The notes beneath the pieces are model-generated. The model was not told the origin of the DNA. It saw nothing but the letters and a program-made list of their open reading frames with translations, and searched no databases. Of a stretch of DNA of 64,000 bases, positions 46,398 through 56,938 are shown piece by piece (the first letter of the stretch is position 1; each line of letters opens with the position of its first letter). A program made the position numbers and the translations under genes. Source of the DNA: Acidimicrobiales bacterium (lineage in GTDB: Bacteria > Actinomycetota > Acidimicrobiia > Acidimicrobiales > Bin134); contig OZ242339.1 in NCBI GenBank assembly GCA_965208505.1, forward strand, positions 1,331,876 to 1,395,875, given 5' to 3'.

Positions 46398-47078
46398 TCA
46401 TAAACCCAACAATCCAGTCAGCTCGTCGCCTTCGATTCTCTGGAACGCCCTCCGCCCGGATTCCCGCACCATGATGGCAACCTCGAGGTCGTCGGCTTCG
46501 AACGTTCGCTCATCACCAGACAGTGCCGACGACGCCGCTTGGATGGCATCACCGACCTCCCAGTCGCGTTCATAGCCCTGGCCCAGCCGCTCGGCAATCG
46601 AGTCCGCCTCCCCGCCCAGCACGGTGTAACCGGACTCGTCATTGACCGTGCCGTCGTAGAGCACGTGGAACATCTGGTCCCCATCAGGCTCCGACGCCAC
46701 TTCGACCACCAAGATCTCCACTTCCATTGGCTTCATCTCATGGGTGAAGGTCTGGCCCAATACTTGGGCGTACTGGTTGGCCAGGCTCCGGGCGTCCACG
46801 TCGTCACGGCTGTAGGTGTAGCCCTTGAGGTCGGCGTGTCGCACCCCGGCAATGCGGAGTTGGTCGAATTCGTTATAGCGGCCCACACCCGCAAAGGCGA
46901 TGCGGTCGTAGATCTCGCTGACCTTGCGCAGAGTATTGGATCGATTTTCCGCGCAGATCAAAATGCCGTCACGGATGCTGAGCGCGGTGAGAGCCCGCCC
47001 CCGAGCGATGCCCTTGCGGGCGAAGTCAGCGCGATCCTTCATCAACTGCTCGGGTGCAACGTAGAAGGGCATAGTCAC
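46398..47078 (-). CDS. prcA: 20S proteasome alpha subunit
   Basis: [28 protein letters not shown]. It overlaps prcB by 4 nt. Confidence 0.9.
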   Translation of the reverse strand: MTMPFYVAPEQLMKDRADFARKGIARGRALTALSIRDGILICAENRSNTLRKVSEIYDRIAFAGVGRYNEFDQLRIAGVRHADLKGYTYSRDDVDARSLANQYAQVLGQTFTHEMKPMEVEILVVEVASEPDGDQMFHVLYDGTVNDESGYTVLGGEADSIAERLGQGYERDWEVGDAIQAASSALSGDERTFEADDLEVAIMVRESGRRAFQRIEGDELTGLLGL

Positions 47079-47875
47079 TCTGAATCACTCCCCCGGTTCT
47101 CCAAGCTGGCCAGAAGATTGCGGAACCGGGTTTCCACGTTGCTGTCGGCCACCCGCTCGAATCCTTCGGCACCGATGACCGCCACCACCGGAAAAATGCC
47201 CCGTACCAGATCTGGCCCACCGGTGGCCGAGTCTTCTTCCGCGGTGCGGAACAGGGCTGACACCGCCAGATCGATCATCACGTCGGCGTCCGCGTCGGAT
47301 CGGTAGCCCAACTTGATCACCGTTCCCGCGTGCAGGCTCCCCGAGCCCCCCACCGCATACTCCCGCTCCTCATAGCGGCCCCCCGTTACGTCGTACTGGA
47401 ACAGGCGACCGACGTCGCGCGCGGTGTCGTAGCCCGCGAAGAGCGGGACCACTGCAAAGCCCTGCATTGCCGCGGGCAAGTTGTTCCGCACCATCATGCC
47501 GAGCTGATTGGCCTTGCCGTCCAAGCTGAGGGCCTTGCCTTCCACCTTCTCGTAGTGCTCAAGCTGCAACTGAAACAGCCGTACCATCTCCATGGCCGGC
47601 CCAGCGGCCCCGGCAATGGCCACTCCGGAATGTTGATCGGCGGGAAAGACCTTCTCAATTGTCCGATGGCTGATCAGGTGTCCGGCTGTCGCCCGACGAT
47701 CTCCTGCCATGACAACCCCCTCACGGCAGCGAATGGCAACCACGGTGGTGGCATGGGAAATGGCCAGTTCAGCAGCCGGGGCGCCGGGCAAGGGGGGTAC
47801 CAGCCCGGTGGAGCGCAGCAACTCCGAAAAGTTGGGGCCCGGGTCGCCCCCGGCTTCAAAAAGGGGCAACGTCAC
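47075..47875 (-). CDS. prcB: 20S proteasome beta subunit (with propeptide)
   Basis: The propeptide is followed by the HA/TTVVAIRCREGVVMAGDRR Thr-1 active-site context. Confidence 0.9.
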   Translation of the reverse strand: MTLPLFEAGGDPGPNFSELLRSTGLVPPLPGAPAAELAISHATTVVAIRCREGVVMAGDRRATAGHLISHRTIEKVFPADQHSGVAIAGAAGPAMEMVRLFQLQLEHYEKVEGKALSLDGKANQLGMMVRNNLPAAMQGFAVVPLFAGYDTARDVGRLFQYDVTGGRYEEREYAVGGSGSLHAGTVIKLGYRSDADADVMIDLAVSALFRTAEEDSATGGPDLVRGIFPVVAVIGAEGFERVADSNVETRFRNLLASLENRGSDSE

Positions 47876-47891
47876 AGCTTGCAGACTACCG

Positions 47892-48086
47892 CTACTGTCC
47901 GCCCTTTTGGATATATGACTTCACGAAGTCCTCGGCGTTGGACTCCAGCACCTCGTCTATTTCATCCAGCAGTTCGTCGAGCTCGGCCTTCAGCCCCTCG
48001 CCTTGATCCGATGTCGCGGGGGCGTCTTCGACTTCAGACTGCTCCCGTTGAGGCACCGGTTTCTTGATTTGCTCTCTCTCTGCCAT
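47892..48086 (-). CDS. pup: Prokaryotic ubiquitin-like protein Pup
   Basis: 64 aa from the ATG at 48086: MAEREQIKKP...LDELLDEIDEVLESNAEDFVKSYIQKGGQ. The C-terminus is GGQ. Confidence 0.9.
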   Translation of the reverse strand: MAEREQIKKPVPQREQSEVEDAPATSDQGEGLKAELDELLDEIDEVLESNAEDFVKSYIQKGGQ

Positions 48087-48165
48087 TTCATTCCCCTCGT
48101 GCCTGAGTGCGTGCCGATCACGATATCGCGCCGACCCCGAAACAAGTGCAAATTCTACGGTCGTC

Positions 48166-49689
48166 TCAGCGGGAACTCGGCTCCCGCAAGCGGGTAAGAA
48201 GTTCCGCGGCGGTGTCGCAATCGGCCAGTAGTCGCTCAACATGGTCCGCTGTTCCCCGGGTGGGCTCCATCATGGGAACCCGGCGCAGCGGCTCATCACC
48301 CACGTCGAACACGATCGAGTCCCAATTGGCGGCCACGATGCTGGAAGCCCACCGTTTGAGACACTGGCCCCGGAAGTATGCCCGTGTGTCAGTTGGCGGT
48401 TCGGAAATGGCCGACCGGGCATCCTCGGCCGAGATCAGAGTTTCCAGCCCCGCCCGAGCAGCCACTGATCGCTCGGGCCGCAAGTCGTGGTATTGAAGGT
48501 CGAGAGCGGCCAGCCGGGCATCGTCAGACCGCAGCCCGTGGCGTTGGGACAGGCCTTGGATCAGTCGGTACTTGGCCACCCAATCGAGTTGGCTGGCCAG
48601 GCTCATAGGATCGGCCTCCAGGCCCGCCAGTACCTGCTCCCACCGGTCGATCACCATCTCTCCCACCGGGCCTCCCACCGCATCCAGCCCATGGCTGTCG
48701 GCGTACTTGCGGGCCTGGTCCAACAAGTCCCATTGAATCTCCAATGCGGTGGCGGATGTACCGTCGGCCAGCTCCAGAGGCGTTGACAGGCTCAGGTCGT
48801 AGGACACTTGCCGCATGGCCTGCACCGGAGTTCGAAAGCGGAGTTCTCTCGGCAAGACGTTGTCTTCGACCATGGCCAGGACAATGGCCGTGGTTCCTGT
48901 CTTGAGGAAGGTGGCCACCTCTGACATGTTGGCGTCGCCGGCTATGACGTGCAGGCGTCGGTAGTGCCGGGCATCAGCATGAGGCTCGTCCCGGGTGTTG
49001 ATGATCGGCCGCTTGAGCGTGGTCTCTAGGCCCACCTCCTCCTCAAAGAAATCGGCCCGCTGGGTGATCTGGAACGGCACCTCTGCGGTGGTCAGTCCCG
49101 GCGCCTCGGATCCGACTTTGCCCGCACCCGTGAATATCTGGCGCGTCACCAGGTGAGCGGTGGCATGGATCACGATTTGGTAGAAGGGGGTGGAGCGGGC
49201 CATGAGGTAGTTCTCATGGCAGCCGTAGCTGTTGCCCTTGCCATCGGAGTTGTTCTTGTACACCACCAACTCCTGGCCGTAGGGCAGCACTTGGGAGGCC
49301 GCCTCCATTGAGCGGACCAGGATCAGCTCCGCAGCCTTGTCATACCGGATCACGTCCAGCGCGTTGCTGCATTCTGGAGAGGACATCTCGGGGTGGGCAT
49401 GGTCCACGTAGTAGCGGGCGCCGTTGGTGAGCACTGCGTTCACCAGATGAGTCTCGATCTCGGGGGCCAGCGACCCCAGGGGGGCGATACCTCGAATGTC
49501 GTTGCCGGGCATCTCGTCCTCGAAATCCCAGGTCACTCCGGCCGCCGGCCCACCCTCCCCGGTGCGCTCCACTTCGGACAGATACGAGTTGATCAGCAGT
49601 GAAGAGGCCGAGATGGGGTTGGCATCTTCGGTGCCGGTATGCGCGATCCCGAACTCGGTTTCGATGCCGCAGATCTTGGGAACCGCCAT
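48166..49689 (-). CDS. dop: Depupylase/deamidase Dop
   Basis: MAVPKICGIETEFGI N-terminus. It is a PafA paralog located directly upstream of pup. Confidence 0.9.
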   Translation of the reverse strand: MAVPKICGIETEFGIAHTGTEDANPISASSLLINSYLSEVERTGEGGPAAGVTWDFEDEMPGNDIRGIAPLGSLAPEIETHLVNAVLTNGARYYVDHAHPEMSSPECSNALDVIRYDKAAELILVRSMEAASQVLPYGQELVVYKNNSDGKGNSYGCHENYLMARSTPFYQIVIHATAHLVTRQIFTGAGKVGSEAPGLTTAEVPFQITQRADFFEEEVGLETTLKRPIINTRDEPHADARHYRRLHVIAGDANMSEVATFLKTGTTAIVLAMVEDNVLPRELRFRTPVQAMRQVSYDLSLSTPLELADGTSATALEIQWDLLDQARKYADSHGLDAVGGPVGEMVIDRWEQVLAGLEADPMSLASQLDWVAKYRLIQGLSQRHGLRSDDARLAALDLQYHDLRPERSVAARAGLETLISAEDARSAISEPPTDTRAYFRGQCLKRWASSIVAANWDSIVFDVGDEPLRRVPMMEPTRGTADHVERLLADCDTAAELLTRLREPSSR

Positions 49690-49737
49690 GTTCGGCACGC
49701 TAGTTGACTTGGGCGGCAAGTCTGGCGGTTATCGAGC

Positions 49738-51495
49738 TCAGAGATATTGGCCGGGGCCGATGGCCTCGATGGAGCGGCCGCCCTGCCTCGTCTCCTCGCT
49801 GGACAAAAGGGTGCGGACGAACACTATTCGCTCCCCCTTCTTGCCCGAGATCTTGGCCCAGTCGTCGGGGTTCGTGGTGTTAGGCAGATCCTCGTGCTCT
49901 CGGTACTCCTGATGTACTGAATCCAACAGGTCGTTGACGTGTATGCCCGGTCCACCCCCGGCCAGAAGACGCTTGATGGCTAGCTTCTTGGCCCGCCGAA
50001 CAACATTCTCGATCATGGCCCCAGAGGCGAAGTCCTTGAAGTACATAATCTCTTTGTCACCGTTCTGATAGGTGACCTCCAAGAACTGGTTGCGCTCTTC
50101 CTCCAAGAACATCTCGGTCACCGTCTGCTCGACCATGGCCTGGATCGCCTTGTCCGGATCTCCTCCGCCCAGCCCATCAACCATTTCCGCGGCAATGGGC
50201 AGATCGGAGGTTAGATAGCGAGAGAAGATGGCGCAGGCCGCATCGGCGTCGGGACGCTGGATCTTGATCTTCACGTCTAGGCGCCCAGGTCTGAGTATGG
50301 CCGGGTCAATGAGATCCTCGCGGTTCGAAGCCCCGATCACGATCACATTCCGCAACGCCTCCACGCCGTCGATCTCGGCAAGGAGCTGGGGGACGACGGT
50401 GGATTCCATGTCTGAGCTGATCCCAGTTCCCCGAGTGCGGAAAAGTGATTCCATCTCATCGAAGAACACGATTACCGGCCATCCCTCAGCCGACTTCTCC
50501 CGGGCTCGCTGGAAAACCAATCGGATCTGGCGCTCGGTCTCCCCCACGTATTTGTTCAGCAACTCCGGACCCTTGATGTTCAAGAAGTAGGACCGTGCCT
50601 CCCGGTCGGAGCTTATGTCGGCCACCTTGCTGGCCAAGGAGTTCGCCACCGCCTTGGCAATCAGGGTCTTGCCGCAGCCTGGCGGGCCGTACAACAAGAT
50701 GCCCTTGGGGGCGGGCAGCTGGTACTCAGCGAACAGGTCGTGGTGTACGAAGGGAAGCTCAACCGCGTCGGTAATCTGCTCGATCTGCTCGTCCAGCCCA
50801 CCGACCTGCTCATAGGTGATGTCGGGCACCTCCTCAAGCACAAGATCTTCCACTTCGGGACGGGGCAGGCGCTCGACCAGCAGCCCCGAGCGAGAGTCCA
50901 TTAGGACGGTGTCCCCGCTCTTCAGAGGCTGGTCGATCAGCTCGGTGGCTAGTTCGACCACCCGCTCTTCGTCGGCTCGGCCGACGATGAGGGCCCGCAT
51001 ACCTCCGTCCAACACCTCCTTGACCGCCACCACCTCGCCGGTTCCATCGCCCACCCGGGACAGCACGACGTTCAGCGATTCGTTCAGCACCACCTCTTGT
51101 CCTCGGTTCAGCTCCTCGGACTCGATCTCGGGATGGAGCGCAACCCGCATTTTGCGCCCCCCGGAGAACACATCCACGGTTCCGTCGTCGTTTCGGCCCA
51201 AAAGCGTCCCGTAGGCCGACGGCGGCTGGGTTAGCTTGTCCACCTCGTCGCGCAGTGCGGAAATGTGCTCACGGGCCTCGCGCAGGGTATAGGTGAGCTT
51301 TTCGTTCTGAGAAACCGCCTTGGCCAACTGCCCCTTGGTCTCCAGCAGCCGTTCTTCCAGAGTCCGGACCCGCTTGGGGGCGTCTTGGAGCCGCTGGCGG
51401 AGCACGGCGACTTCTTCTTCCAGTGCCGTCACCTGTTCCGCCGGAGAAACGTCCTCCTGCGGGCTTTCCAATTCCGCCCCGTCGCCCACTGCCAT
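49738..51495 (-). CDS. arc: Proteasome-associated AAA ATPase ARC/Mpa
   Basis: N-terminal coiled coil, Walker A GPPGCGKT, Walker B IVFFDEM and a C-terminal GQYL motif. Confidence 0.95.
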   Translation of the reverse strand: MAVGDGAELESPQEDVSPAEQVTALEEEVAVLRQRLQDAPKRVRTLEERLLETKGQLAKAVSQNEKLTYTLREAREHISALRDEVDKLTQPPSAYGTLLGRNDDGTVDVFSGGRKMRVALHPEIESEELNRGQEVVLNESLNVVLSRVGDGTGEVVAVKEVLDGGMRALIVGRADEERVVELATELIDQPLKSGDTVLMDSRSGLLVERLPRPEVEDLVLEEVPDITYEQVGGLDEQIEQITDAVELPFVHHDLFAEYQLPAPKGILLYGPPGCGKTLIAKAVANSLASKVADISSDREARSYFLNIKGPELLNKYVGETERQIRLVFQRAREKSAEGWPVIVFFDEMESLFRTRGTGISSDMESTVVPQLLAEIDGVEALRNVIVIGASNREDLIDPAILRPGRLDVKIKIQRPDADAACAIFSRYLTSDLPIAAEMVDGLGGGDPDKAIQAMVEQTVTEMFLEEERNQFLEVTYQNGDKEIMYFKDFASGAMIENVVRRAKKLAIKRLLAGGGPGIHVNDLLDSVHQEYREHEDLPNTTNPDDWAKISGKKGERIVFVRTLLSSEETRQGGRSIEAIGPGQYL

Positions 51496-51685
51496 ACCAA
51501 CCCGACTTTACACCTCCCAGACCGGTCTGCCGTCGCAAGATGCTTGCCCAACAGAAACTCCCTTCAGCCAATTTCGGCTGCTTAGACGAGATCGGCTGTT
51601 GGACGGTTACACTGTGGGTACCGCCAGCGTCTACCATGCTTGCCGTCCGCTGGCTGTTATGAAAGGGGCCACAGCACCGATGCAA

Positions 51686-51919
51686 ATGAAGGTCTGGATC
51701 GATCAAGATCTCTGCACTGGTGACGGTCTCTGCGAAGAGATCGCTCCCGATGTCTTCACTCTGCTCGACGATGGTCTGGCTTACGTGAAAGAGGGCGACA
51801 AGGTATTCGCTGAGCCAGGTGGAGTCGAAGGACTGGCCATCGTGCCCGAGGGGCAAGAAGAGGCGACCATCGAATCGGCTGAGGAATGCCCTGGTGAGTG
51901 CATCTTCATAGAGGTCTGA
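51686..51919 (+). CDS. Small ferredoxin (single-cluster, CxxDxxC...CP type)
   Basis: MKVWIDQDLCTGDGLCEEIAPDVF...AEECPGECI. Alternative ATG starts lie at 51680 and 51659. Confidence 0.8.
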   Translation: MKVWIDQDLCTGDGLCEEIAPDVFTLLDDGLAYVKEGDKVFAEPGGVEGLAIVPEGQEEATIESAEECPGECIFIEV

Positions 51920-51941
51920 CCCGAGTTCCCAAACTCCCCAA

Positions 51942-52715
51942 CTAGTCAGCGAGTTTTCTCGCGGCAGTTATGAAACCGGTGTGACCCACCATTCGATGTT
52001 CGGGTCTGACCGCGTCGCCTTTGATGTGCCAACCCCGTTGAAGGATCTCCACGGTGGATGTGGAGGCCCACGGTCCCAATTCGCAGGCTTCACGCAGCCG
52101 CACTGCCTGAACGATGCTCGGGGTGTAAGACACCAGGATGCCGCCGGGACGCAATGAGGCGCTCGCGTGGGGCACCACCTGCCAGGGTTCGGGCAAATCC
52201 AGCACGACCCGGTCCAACCCCATTGCGTCAATGCCCTGGTAGCAATCTCTCACCTCTACCTGGAATCGGTCGACAGCTTCAGAGCCAAGGAAACCCGTCA
52301 CGTTCTCAACTGCCTGCTGGGCGAAGTCCTCTCTGATCTCGTATCCCAAGACATCTGCCCCAGCTCTCAGCAGGCTCAGCGACAACGCTCCCGATCCCAC
52401 CCCCGACTCCAACACCCGGGCGCCGGGGAAGACGTCGGCCTGCATCAAGATGGCCGCGCTGTCTTTGGGGTACACCACCTGAGCCCCCCGCGGCATCTTC
52501 AGCACATAGTCGGAGAGGGTGGGGCGCCAGACGGTCAGTTCGGCATTGCGGCTCGTCCGCACTTGCACACCCTCGGCGCCGCCGATCAACGCGTCGTGGT
52601 CCACCGATCCCGCGTGGGTGTGGAATTGGCGTCCCTGTTCCAGCGTGACCATATAACGACGGCCTTTTCGGTCGGTAAGCAAAACCAGTTCGCCGGCTTG
52701 AAGCAGCTGGCTCAC
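51942..52715 (-). CDS. trmI: tRNA (adenine58-N1)-methyltransferase TrmI
   Basis: N-terminal beta domain (GELVLLTDRKGRRYMVTL), a SAM motif VLESGVGSGALS and YPKD. Confidence 0.85.
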   Translation of the reverse strand: MSQLLQAGELVLLTDRKGRRYMVTLEQGRQFHTHAGSVDHDALIGGAEGVQVRTSRNAELTVWRPTLSDYVLKMPRGAQVVYPKDSAAILMQADVFPGARVLESGVGSGALSLSLLRAGADVLGYEIREDFAQQAVENVTGFLGSEAVDRFQVEVRDCYQGIDAMGLDRVVLDLPEPWQVVPHASASLRPGGILVSYTPSIVQAVRLREACELGPWASTSTVEILQRGWHIKGDAVRPEHRMVGHTGFITAARKLAD

Positions 52716-52924
52716 TACGATTCGTCGGACAAATGGGAGATGACCAGGCCCTCGCCTGGTCGCAGTTCCTCACTCAGCACCGTTCGCAGGCGGCGAGTGG
52801 TGGCGAACCGGCTCAAGAGACGAATTCCCCAGGCGAATCCCCCCAATAGGAGCCACCCCCGACTTCCGCCTACTAGGCCGCGGACAATGGCCTGGCGACG
52901 CAGATACCCAAAGGGACCGGGCAT
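52715..52924 (-). CDS. Small hypothetical protein
   Basis: 69 aa. Its TAG stop overlaps the trmI GTG start (TAGTG), which suggests translational coupling. One hydrophobic segment is present. Confidence 0.4.
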   Translation of the reverse strand: MPGPFGYLRRQAIVRGLVGGSRGWLLLGGFAWGIRLLSRFATTRRLRTVLSEELRPGEGLVISHLSDES

Positions 52925-53110
52925 ATTCCGAATCCGTTCAGACCCTTCTAGCCTGTGCCACGAAATGCCTGCTCATGACGTGTGTTGATTACTTTATTCA
53001 CTAACAAGAGAAGAACCCCGCACCCGGCCCCTTGGGCAAGCCACCCGTCGGGTTGTGCGGAGTTCGGTATCGGCCACGGGGCCACGGTAGCCGATGGCAC
53101 CAAATCCATG

Positions 53111-53458
53111 TCAGTTGTCGCAAATCTCGAAGGCGACCACGACACCGGTTGCCGGTGGCCCGGCCATGCCCCGCACACTGGCCAGGATGCCAAGCACCAT
53201 GTCGGCCAACTCCGGGTCGCCGCTCTGCTCGTAGGAGATCGTGAGCCACCGGATACAGGCATCGACGATCCCGGCGAAGAGCGCCACTTGGGTGGGGCCG
53301 GATACGGTTTCAGCCGCCGACAGCGATTGGTAGGCCAAGTGGGTTACCTCTTCGGGAATTACGGCCCTGGCTGTCAGATCGTCGCCGACACGCTGGCCCC
53401 TGGTGAAGTGCTCCTCAAGGTCTGGGGCGTGGCCGCAATCGGCCTCCTGCTGTGTCAT
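53111..53458 (-). CDS. Hypothetical protein
   Basis: The ATG at 53458 (MTQQEADCGHAPDLEEHF...) overlaps the stop of the truncated upstream ORF (ATGA). No family was recognised. Confidence 0.4.
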   Translation of the reverse strand: MTQQEADCGHAPDLEEHFTRGQRVGDDLTARAVIPEEVTHLAYQSLSAAETVSGPTQVALFAGIVDACIRWLTISYEQSGDPELADMVLGILASVRGMAGPPATGVVVAFEICDN

Positions 53459-53614
53459 GCCGACCACCTCGAAAAGGTGTAGTCGTCATTGTTGACCGTC
53501 TCCAATTCCGCATACCGGGCCGACACCGCCAGGAGGTGGTTGTAGTCGGCGCTGGTGGCCTCGGCGTGGTACTCGCTATCGAGCTTGAAGGCGGTTTCGT
53601 GGTCGTAGAACTCC
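53455..53614 (-). pseudogene. 3' remnant of an unknown gene truncated by the IS3 insertion
   Basis: Own translation gives ...EFYDHETAFKLDSEYHAEATSADYNHLLAVSARYAELETVNNDDYTFSRWSA*. The frame runs into the IS3 terminal repeat with no start codon. Confidence 0.35.
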
Positions 53615-53660
53615 TGAGGTTCCCCCCTTTTTGTGGAGACATCGTCTATAAGGAGATGCG

Positions 53661-53945
53661 ATGTCTAGACAACGAAGAAGGTTCGATTCGGAGTTCCGTG
53701 ATGGGGCTGTTCGGATCGTCAAGGAGACCGGCCGTCCGGTGGCCCATGTGGCCCGGGAGCTCGGCGTCAACGAGGGCACTTTGGGCAACTGGGTGCGCCG
53801 GGAGCAGGCCGAGCGGGCCGGCGGGCTGTCCGCTGATGAGCGGGCCGAGCTGGCCCGGCTCCGCAGGAGGGTCGCGGAGTTGGAGATGGAGCGTGATGTC
53901 CTCAAACGATCCGTGGTCCTTTGGGTCAACGAGGCGACGCGGTGA
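53661..53945 (+). CDS. IS3 transposase OrfA
   Basis: [20 protein letters not shown]...[10 protein letters not shown], an HTH plus leucine zipper, with an AGGAG SD 6 nt upstream. Confidence 0.85.
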   Translation: MSRQRRRFDSEFRDGAVRIVKETGRPVAHVARELGVNEGTLGNWVRREQAERAGGLSADERAELARLRRRVAELEMERDVLKRSVVLWVNEATR

Positions 53946-54841
53946 CCGCAGAGTTCATCGCCTCCCAAAGGACCGGCCACGGTGTGCCTCACGCGGTGTC
54001 TTGTCGGGCGCTGGGCATCTCGCCCTCGACGTTCTACAAGCACCTGAACCGGCCTGTTACCGCCCGGCAGCTCCGCCGACAGGCGGTCGATGCCGAGGTG
54101 AAAAAGGCGTTCGAGGTGTCCGAGGGCACCTACGGGTCGCCCAGAGTGAGAGCCCAGCTGCGCCGAGACGGGCTGTCGGTGTCGAAGACCACTGTGGAGG
54201 CCTCGATGGCCCGCCAGGGCCTGTGCGCCCGGCCCAAACGGCGCTACAGGGGCCTCACCAGCCAAAACCCCGGCGCCGCGGCCCCGACGGACCTGCTGAA
54301 GCGCGACTTCAGCGCCCAAGCGATCAACCAGAAATGGTGCGGGGACTTCAAAGAAGTCCCCACCGCCGAGGGCAAAGTGTTCTTAGCCACAGTCGAGGAC
54401 CTGTGCTCGCGGCGCATGCTCGGCTTCGCCACCTCCAACGACTATCCAACCGCCGAGTTGGCCAAACAGGCCATCAACATGGCCGTCGCCACCAGAGGAA
54501 GCGATATCAAAGGAGTCATTTTTCACTCCGACAAGGGATCGCAATACACGGCCGAAGCCTTCGCGAAGGCCTGCCGGCGGCTCGGCATACAGCGCTCAAC
54601 AGGGCGCACCGGCAACGCTTTGGACAACGCCCCGGCAGAATCGTTCTTCTCCACACTCCAACACGAACTCATCGACCGGCGCCGCTGGACCACAAGAACC
54701 CAAGCCCGCCAGGACATCGCCATGTGGATCAGCGGCTGGTACAACCAGCACCGGCTCCACTCCGCAATCGGAATGGTCCCACCCATAGAATACGAACAAG
54801 CCAACACCCCCAACCCTCAAAAACAAACTCTCCACGAATAG
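53921..54841 (+). CDS. IS3 transposase OrfB (DDE/rve)
   Basis: Carries [25 protein letters not shown] and [11 protein letters not shown]. It overlaps orfA in a different frame. Confidence 0.85.
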   Translation: MGQRGDAVTAEFIASQRTGHGVPHAVSCRALGISPSTFYKHLNRPVTARQLRRQAVDAEVKKAFEVSEGTYGSPRVRAQLRRDGLSVSKTTVEASMARQGLCARPKRRYRGLTSQNPGAAAPTDLLKRDFSAQAINQKWCGDFKEVPTAEGKVFLATVEDLCSRRMLGFATSNDYPTAELAKQAINMAVATRGSDIKGVIFHSDKGSQYTAEAFAKACRRLGIQRSTGRTGNALDNAPAESFFSTLQHELIDRRRWTTRTQARQDIAMWISGWYNQHRLHSAIGMVPPIEYEQANTPNPQKQTLHE

Positions 54842-54850
54842 GGGGGAAGC

Positions 54851-55615
54851 TCAGCCCCGATTCGACCGTGCCGACACGGCGAAGCCGATGTTGCGGCCAC
54901 GCAACTCCGCGGCGAGCGTCGGCGAGCATCCCGCCGCGTCGATGCGCACCACCAGCGGACGCTCCACAAGATCGCCGCCTGGGCGGTGCCCCGCAGCGTC
55001 GGGCCCCGGCAGCGCCGCGACCGCGGCGTCGATCACCTCGAGATGATCCGCGATGTCGTTCGCGGCGGCGTTGCCCGGACGCTGCTTGACCCACAGCGGC
55101 TCGCCGTCTGCGACCGAGCAGATCATCGGGTGGAACCCGTAGCCGCCCTTGTAATTGGGCGCTGCGCCCTCCTTGTTCTGCGAGTGGACCTCCACCAATG
55201 TCGAGTCGATGTCGAGAACCAGCGGGCCGCTGCGATCACGGTCGGCCCACAGCCCGGGGCGCACCGCAGCCGCCGCGCCCAGCAGCGCCGCCGCGCCTCC
55301 CGGGCCCAGACCGGTGAGAGTGCGATACAGCGTCGAGTCCGACGCGACATCGCCGAACAGTTCGGGCTGAGCACGCAGATACTCGATATCGGTGCACGCC
55401 TCACCGCCGCCCGCGAGCACCAACAAACCGTGGACCAGCACCTCGCCGCGGTCATGAACCGGGGCACGCTCCCCGCGAGGGGGCACCGCTGCGGACAGCG
55501 CCTCAGTCAGCCCGACACGATCCGCGAACCGCCCCAGAGCGAACAGCCCCACACCCCACACGGCCCGGTCCCCGCCGCCTGCCAACTGCGCGCTTGTGAC
55601 ACTGCTAAGTTTCAC
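54851..55615 (-). pseudogene. N-terminal fragment of an IS1380-family transposase, truncated by the IS3 element
   Basis: DIDSTLVEVHSQNKEGAAPNYKGGYGFHPM is the IS1380-type DDE region. The stop codon is supplied by the IS3 terminal TCA. The fragment is ~254 aa, against ~450 aa expected. Confidence 0.7.
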
Positions 55616-55803
55616 CTCGGAGATGCCCCCCTGAACTCGAAGAAACGTGGCTCAACGACACGCATCCTCGCAGGCCAGAGGGGCATCTCCGCGGACCCAC
55701 ACAAACCCGCACACACCGCCCATGAACAATCAGGGCTAGGCGGGTGTAGCTGGGCGTGCAACTCGCCGCCGTTGTGCCTACCGTTCAGCCAGCCTGTTAG
55801 CGT

Positions 55804-56037
55804 GTGGGCATGGCAGTTATCCCCGCCCCGAACAAGCCACATTTTGAGTTGCGCCTCACCCGCATGGTGGCCTACCCGGCGGCGGCGCTAGGGCTACTTG
55901 CTGCACTACTCGTAGTCTTTGTGTATCCCGTCGGCTGGGCGGGGCCGTATGGCGCTCCCGTCGGCTTCCTCGTTTTCCACGGGATGTTTTGGACCGCCGT
56001 CGCCGCCGACTACTGGCGACACCGCAAGCACCGCTGA
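55804..56037 (+). CDS. Small two-TM membrane protein (hypothetical)
   Basis: 77 aa with two hydrophobic segments. No family was recognised. Confidence 0.3.
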   Translation: MGMAVIPAPNKPHFELRLTRMVAYPAAALGLLAALLVVFVYPVGWAGPYGAPVGFLVFHGMFWTAVAADYWRHRKHR

Positions 56038-56079
56038 CCCTTCAATCAGCGCATAGGCACCTATGCGCTCAATGCTGAT

Positions 56080-56295
56080 TCAGCTATCGGCCTTGCGCTC
56101 AAGGCGTCTGGCTATCCGGTCCATCCATGCCACGAACGCCCCAATCGCCAGCCAAGTGGCCAGAAGAAGGCGGGAGTCAACGGCCTCTAGGTTGAATGGG
56201 TCGCCCAGAGTCCACCGCGATGCCACCACTAGGCCGAGCGGGGCAAACCGCAAGGCCGTTGACCAGTACCGCTTGACCACTTGAACCACTGGCAT
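56080..56295 (-). CDS. Small membrane protein (hypothetical)
   Basis: 71 aa with two hydrophobic segments. It is co-directional with the next two small genes. Confidence 0.3.
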   Translation of the reverse strand: MPVVQVVKRYWSTALRFAPLGLVVASRWTLGDPFNLEAVDSRLLLATWLAIGAFVAWMDRIARRLERKADS

Positions 56296-56306
56296 ACAAC
56301 GCTAGC

Positions 56307-56528
56307 TCAGACCCTTCGGACTTCGACCACGGTCCGGCTGGCCCGGCCGCGCCGCCGCCCCAGCCAAAAGGCCACAACCACCAGTGCCCCGATGGCCGCT
56401 ATGCCCGCACCCAGAACTGGAGTGCGAGCGGCATCAGCCGTCTGGCCCAAGTCGCCCTTCAGCTCTTGGAACTTGTCCCTAATGTCGTCTCGGCTAATGA
56501 CCTCGTGGTCCACATAGACATCGCTCAC
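56307..56528 (-). CDS. Small C-terminally anchored protein (DUF3618-like?)
   Basis: 73 aa with a polar helical N-terminus and one C-terminal TM segment. It overlaps the upstream gene by 4 nt. Confidence 0.35.
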   Translation of the reverse strand: MSDVYVDHEVISRDDIRDKFQELKGDLGQTADAARTPVLGAGIAAIGALVVVAFWLGRRRGRASRTVVEVRRV

Positions 56529-56911
56529 GGTCGGTCTCCCTTCGATAGCCGGGCCCTGATGACGACTGCGGCGCCCAGAACCACCACCACCCCGGCGAGC
56601 ACTACTACATAGGGCAGGGCGCTCATATTTCCGTCGAACACCCCGGAGGCCTCAGTTTGGAGCAGGCGCAAACCGGCAATTGCCAAAAAGACAAGTCCCA
56701 CGCCGATGCTCAACGCGCCGAGAATGCCGAGCTTCAGCGTTTTTCCCAACTTTGTCAGCGGCGTCAAGATCTCCTGGCGGCCATAGCCGACCAGGAGGTC
56801 CTTTAGTTCTTCCGCAATCTCCTTGGCCGAACTGGCCTTCTTGGGCGAACTGGCCTTTTTGGCCACTTTTGAACGCTTCGGCAATTGTCCTCCTGCGAGT
56901 CTCTTCAGCAA
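56525..56911 (-). CDS. Holin-X / phage-holin-3_6-like membrane protein
   Basis: 128 aa with a Lys-rich N-terminus and two TM segments. The family is recalled from memory. Confidence 0.4.
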   Translation of the reverse strand: MLKRLAGGQLPKRSKVAKKASSPKKASSAKEIAEELKDLLVGYGRQEILTPLTKLGKTLKLGILGALSIGVGLVFLAIAGLRLLQTEASGVFDGNMSALPYVVVLAGVVVVLGAAVVIRARLSKGDRP

Positions 56912-56938
56912 TCAGCCAGCCTACCCCGGCGGTCTCCC

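Larger units (their letters stand above)
53615..54853 (+). mobile_element. IS3-family insertion sequence (second, unrelated copy)
   Basis: Terminal inverted repeats are TGAGGTTCCCCCCTTTTTGTGGAGA (left) and, as the reverse complement of the right end, TGAGCTTCCCCCCTATTCGTGGAGA. The ends are TG...CA. It has orfA/orfB. The flanks (TCC vs GCC) are not a clean duplication. Confidence 0.85.

Noticed and set aside
53900-53945. A slippery heptamer for the orfA/orfB frameshift in IS3 copy 2.
   Set aside because: No A AAA AAG- or X XXY YYZ-type motif was seen in the overlap. The frameshift site is left unassigned.
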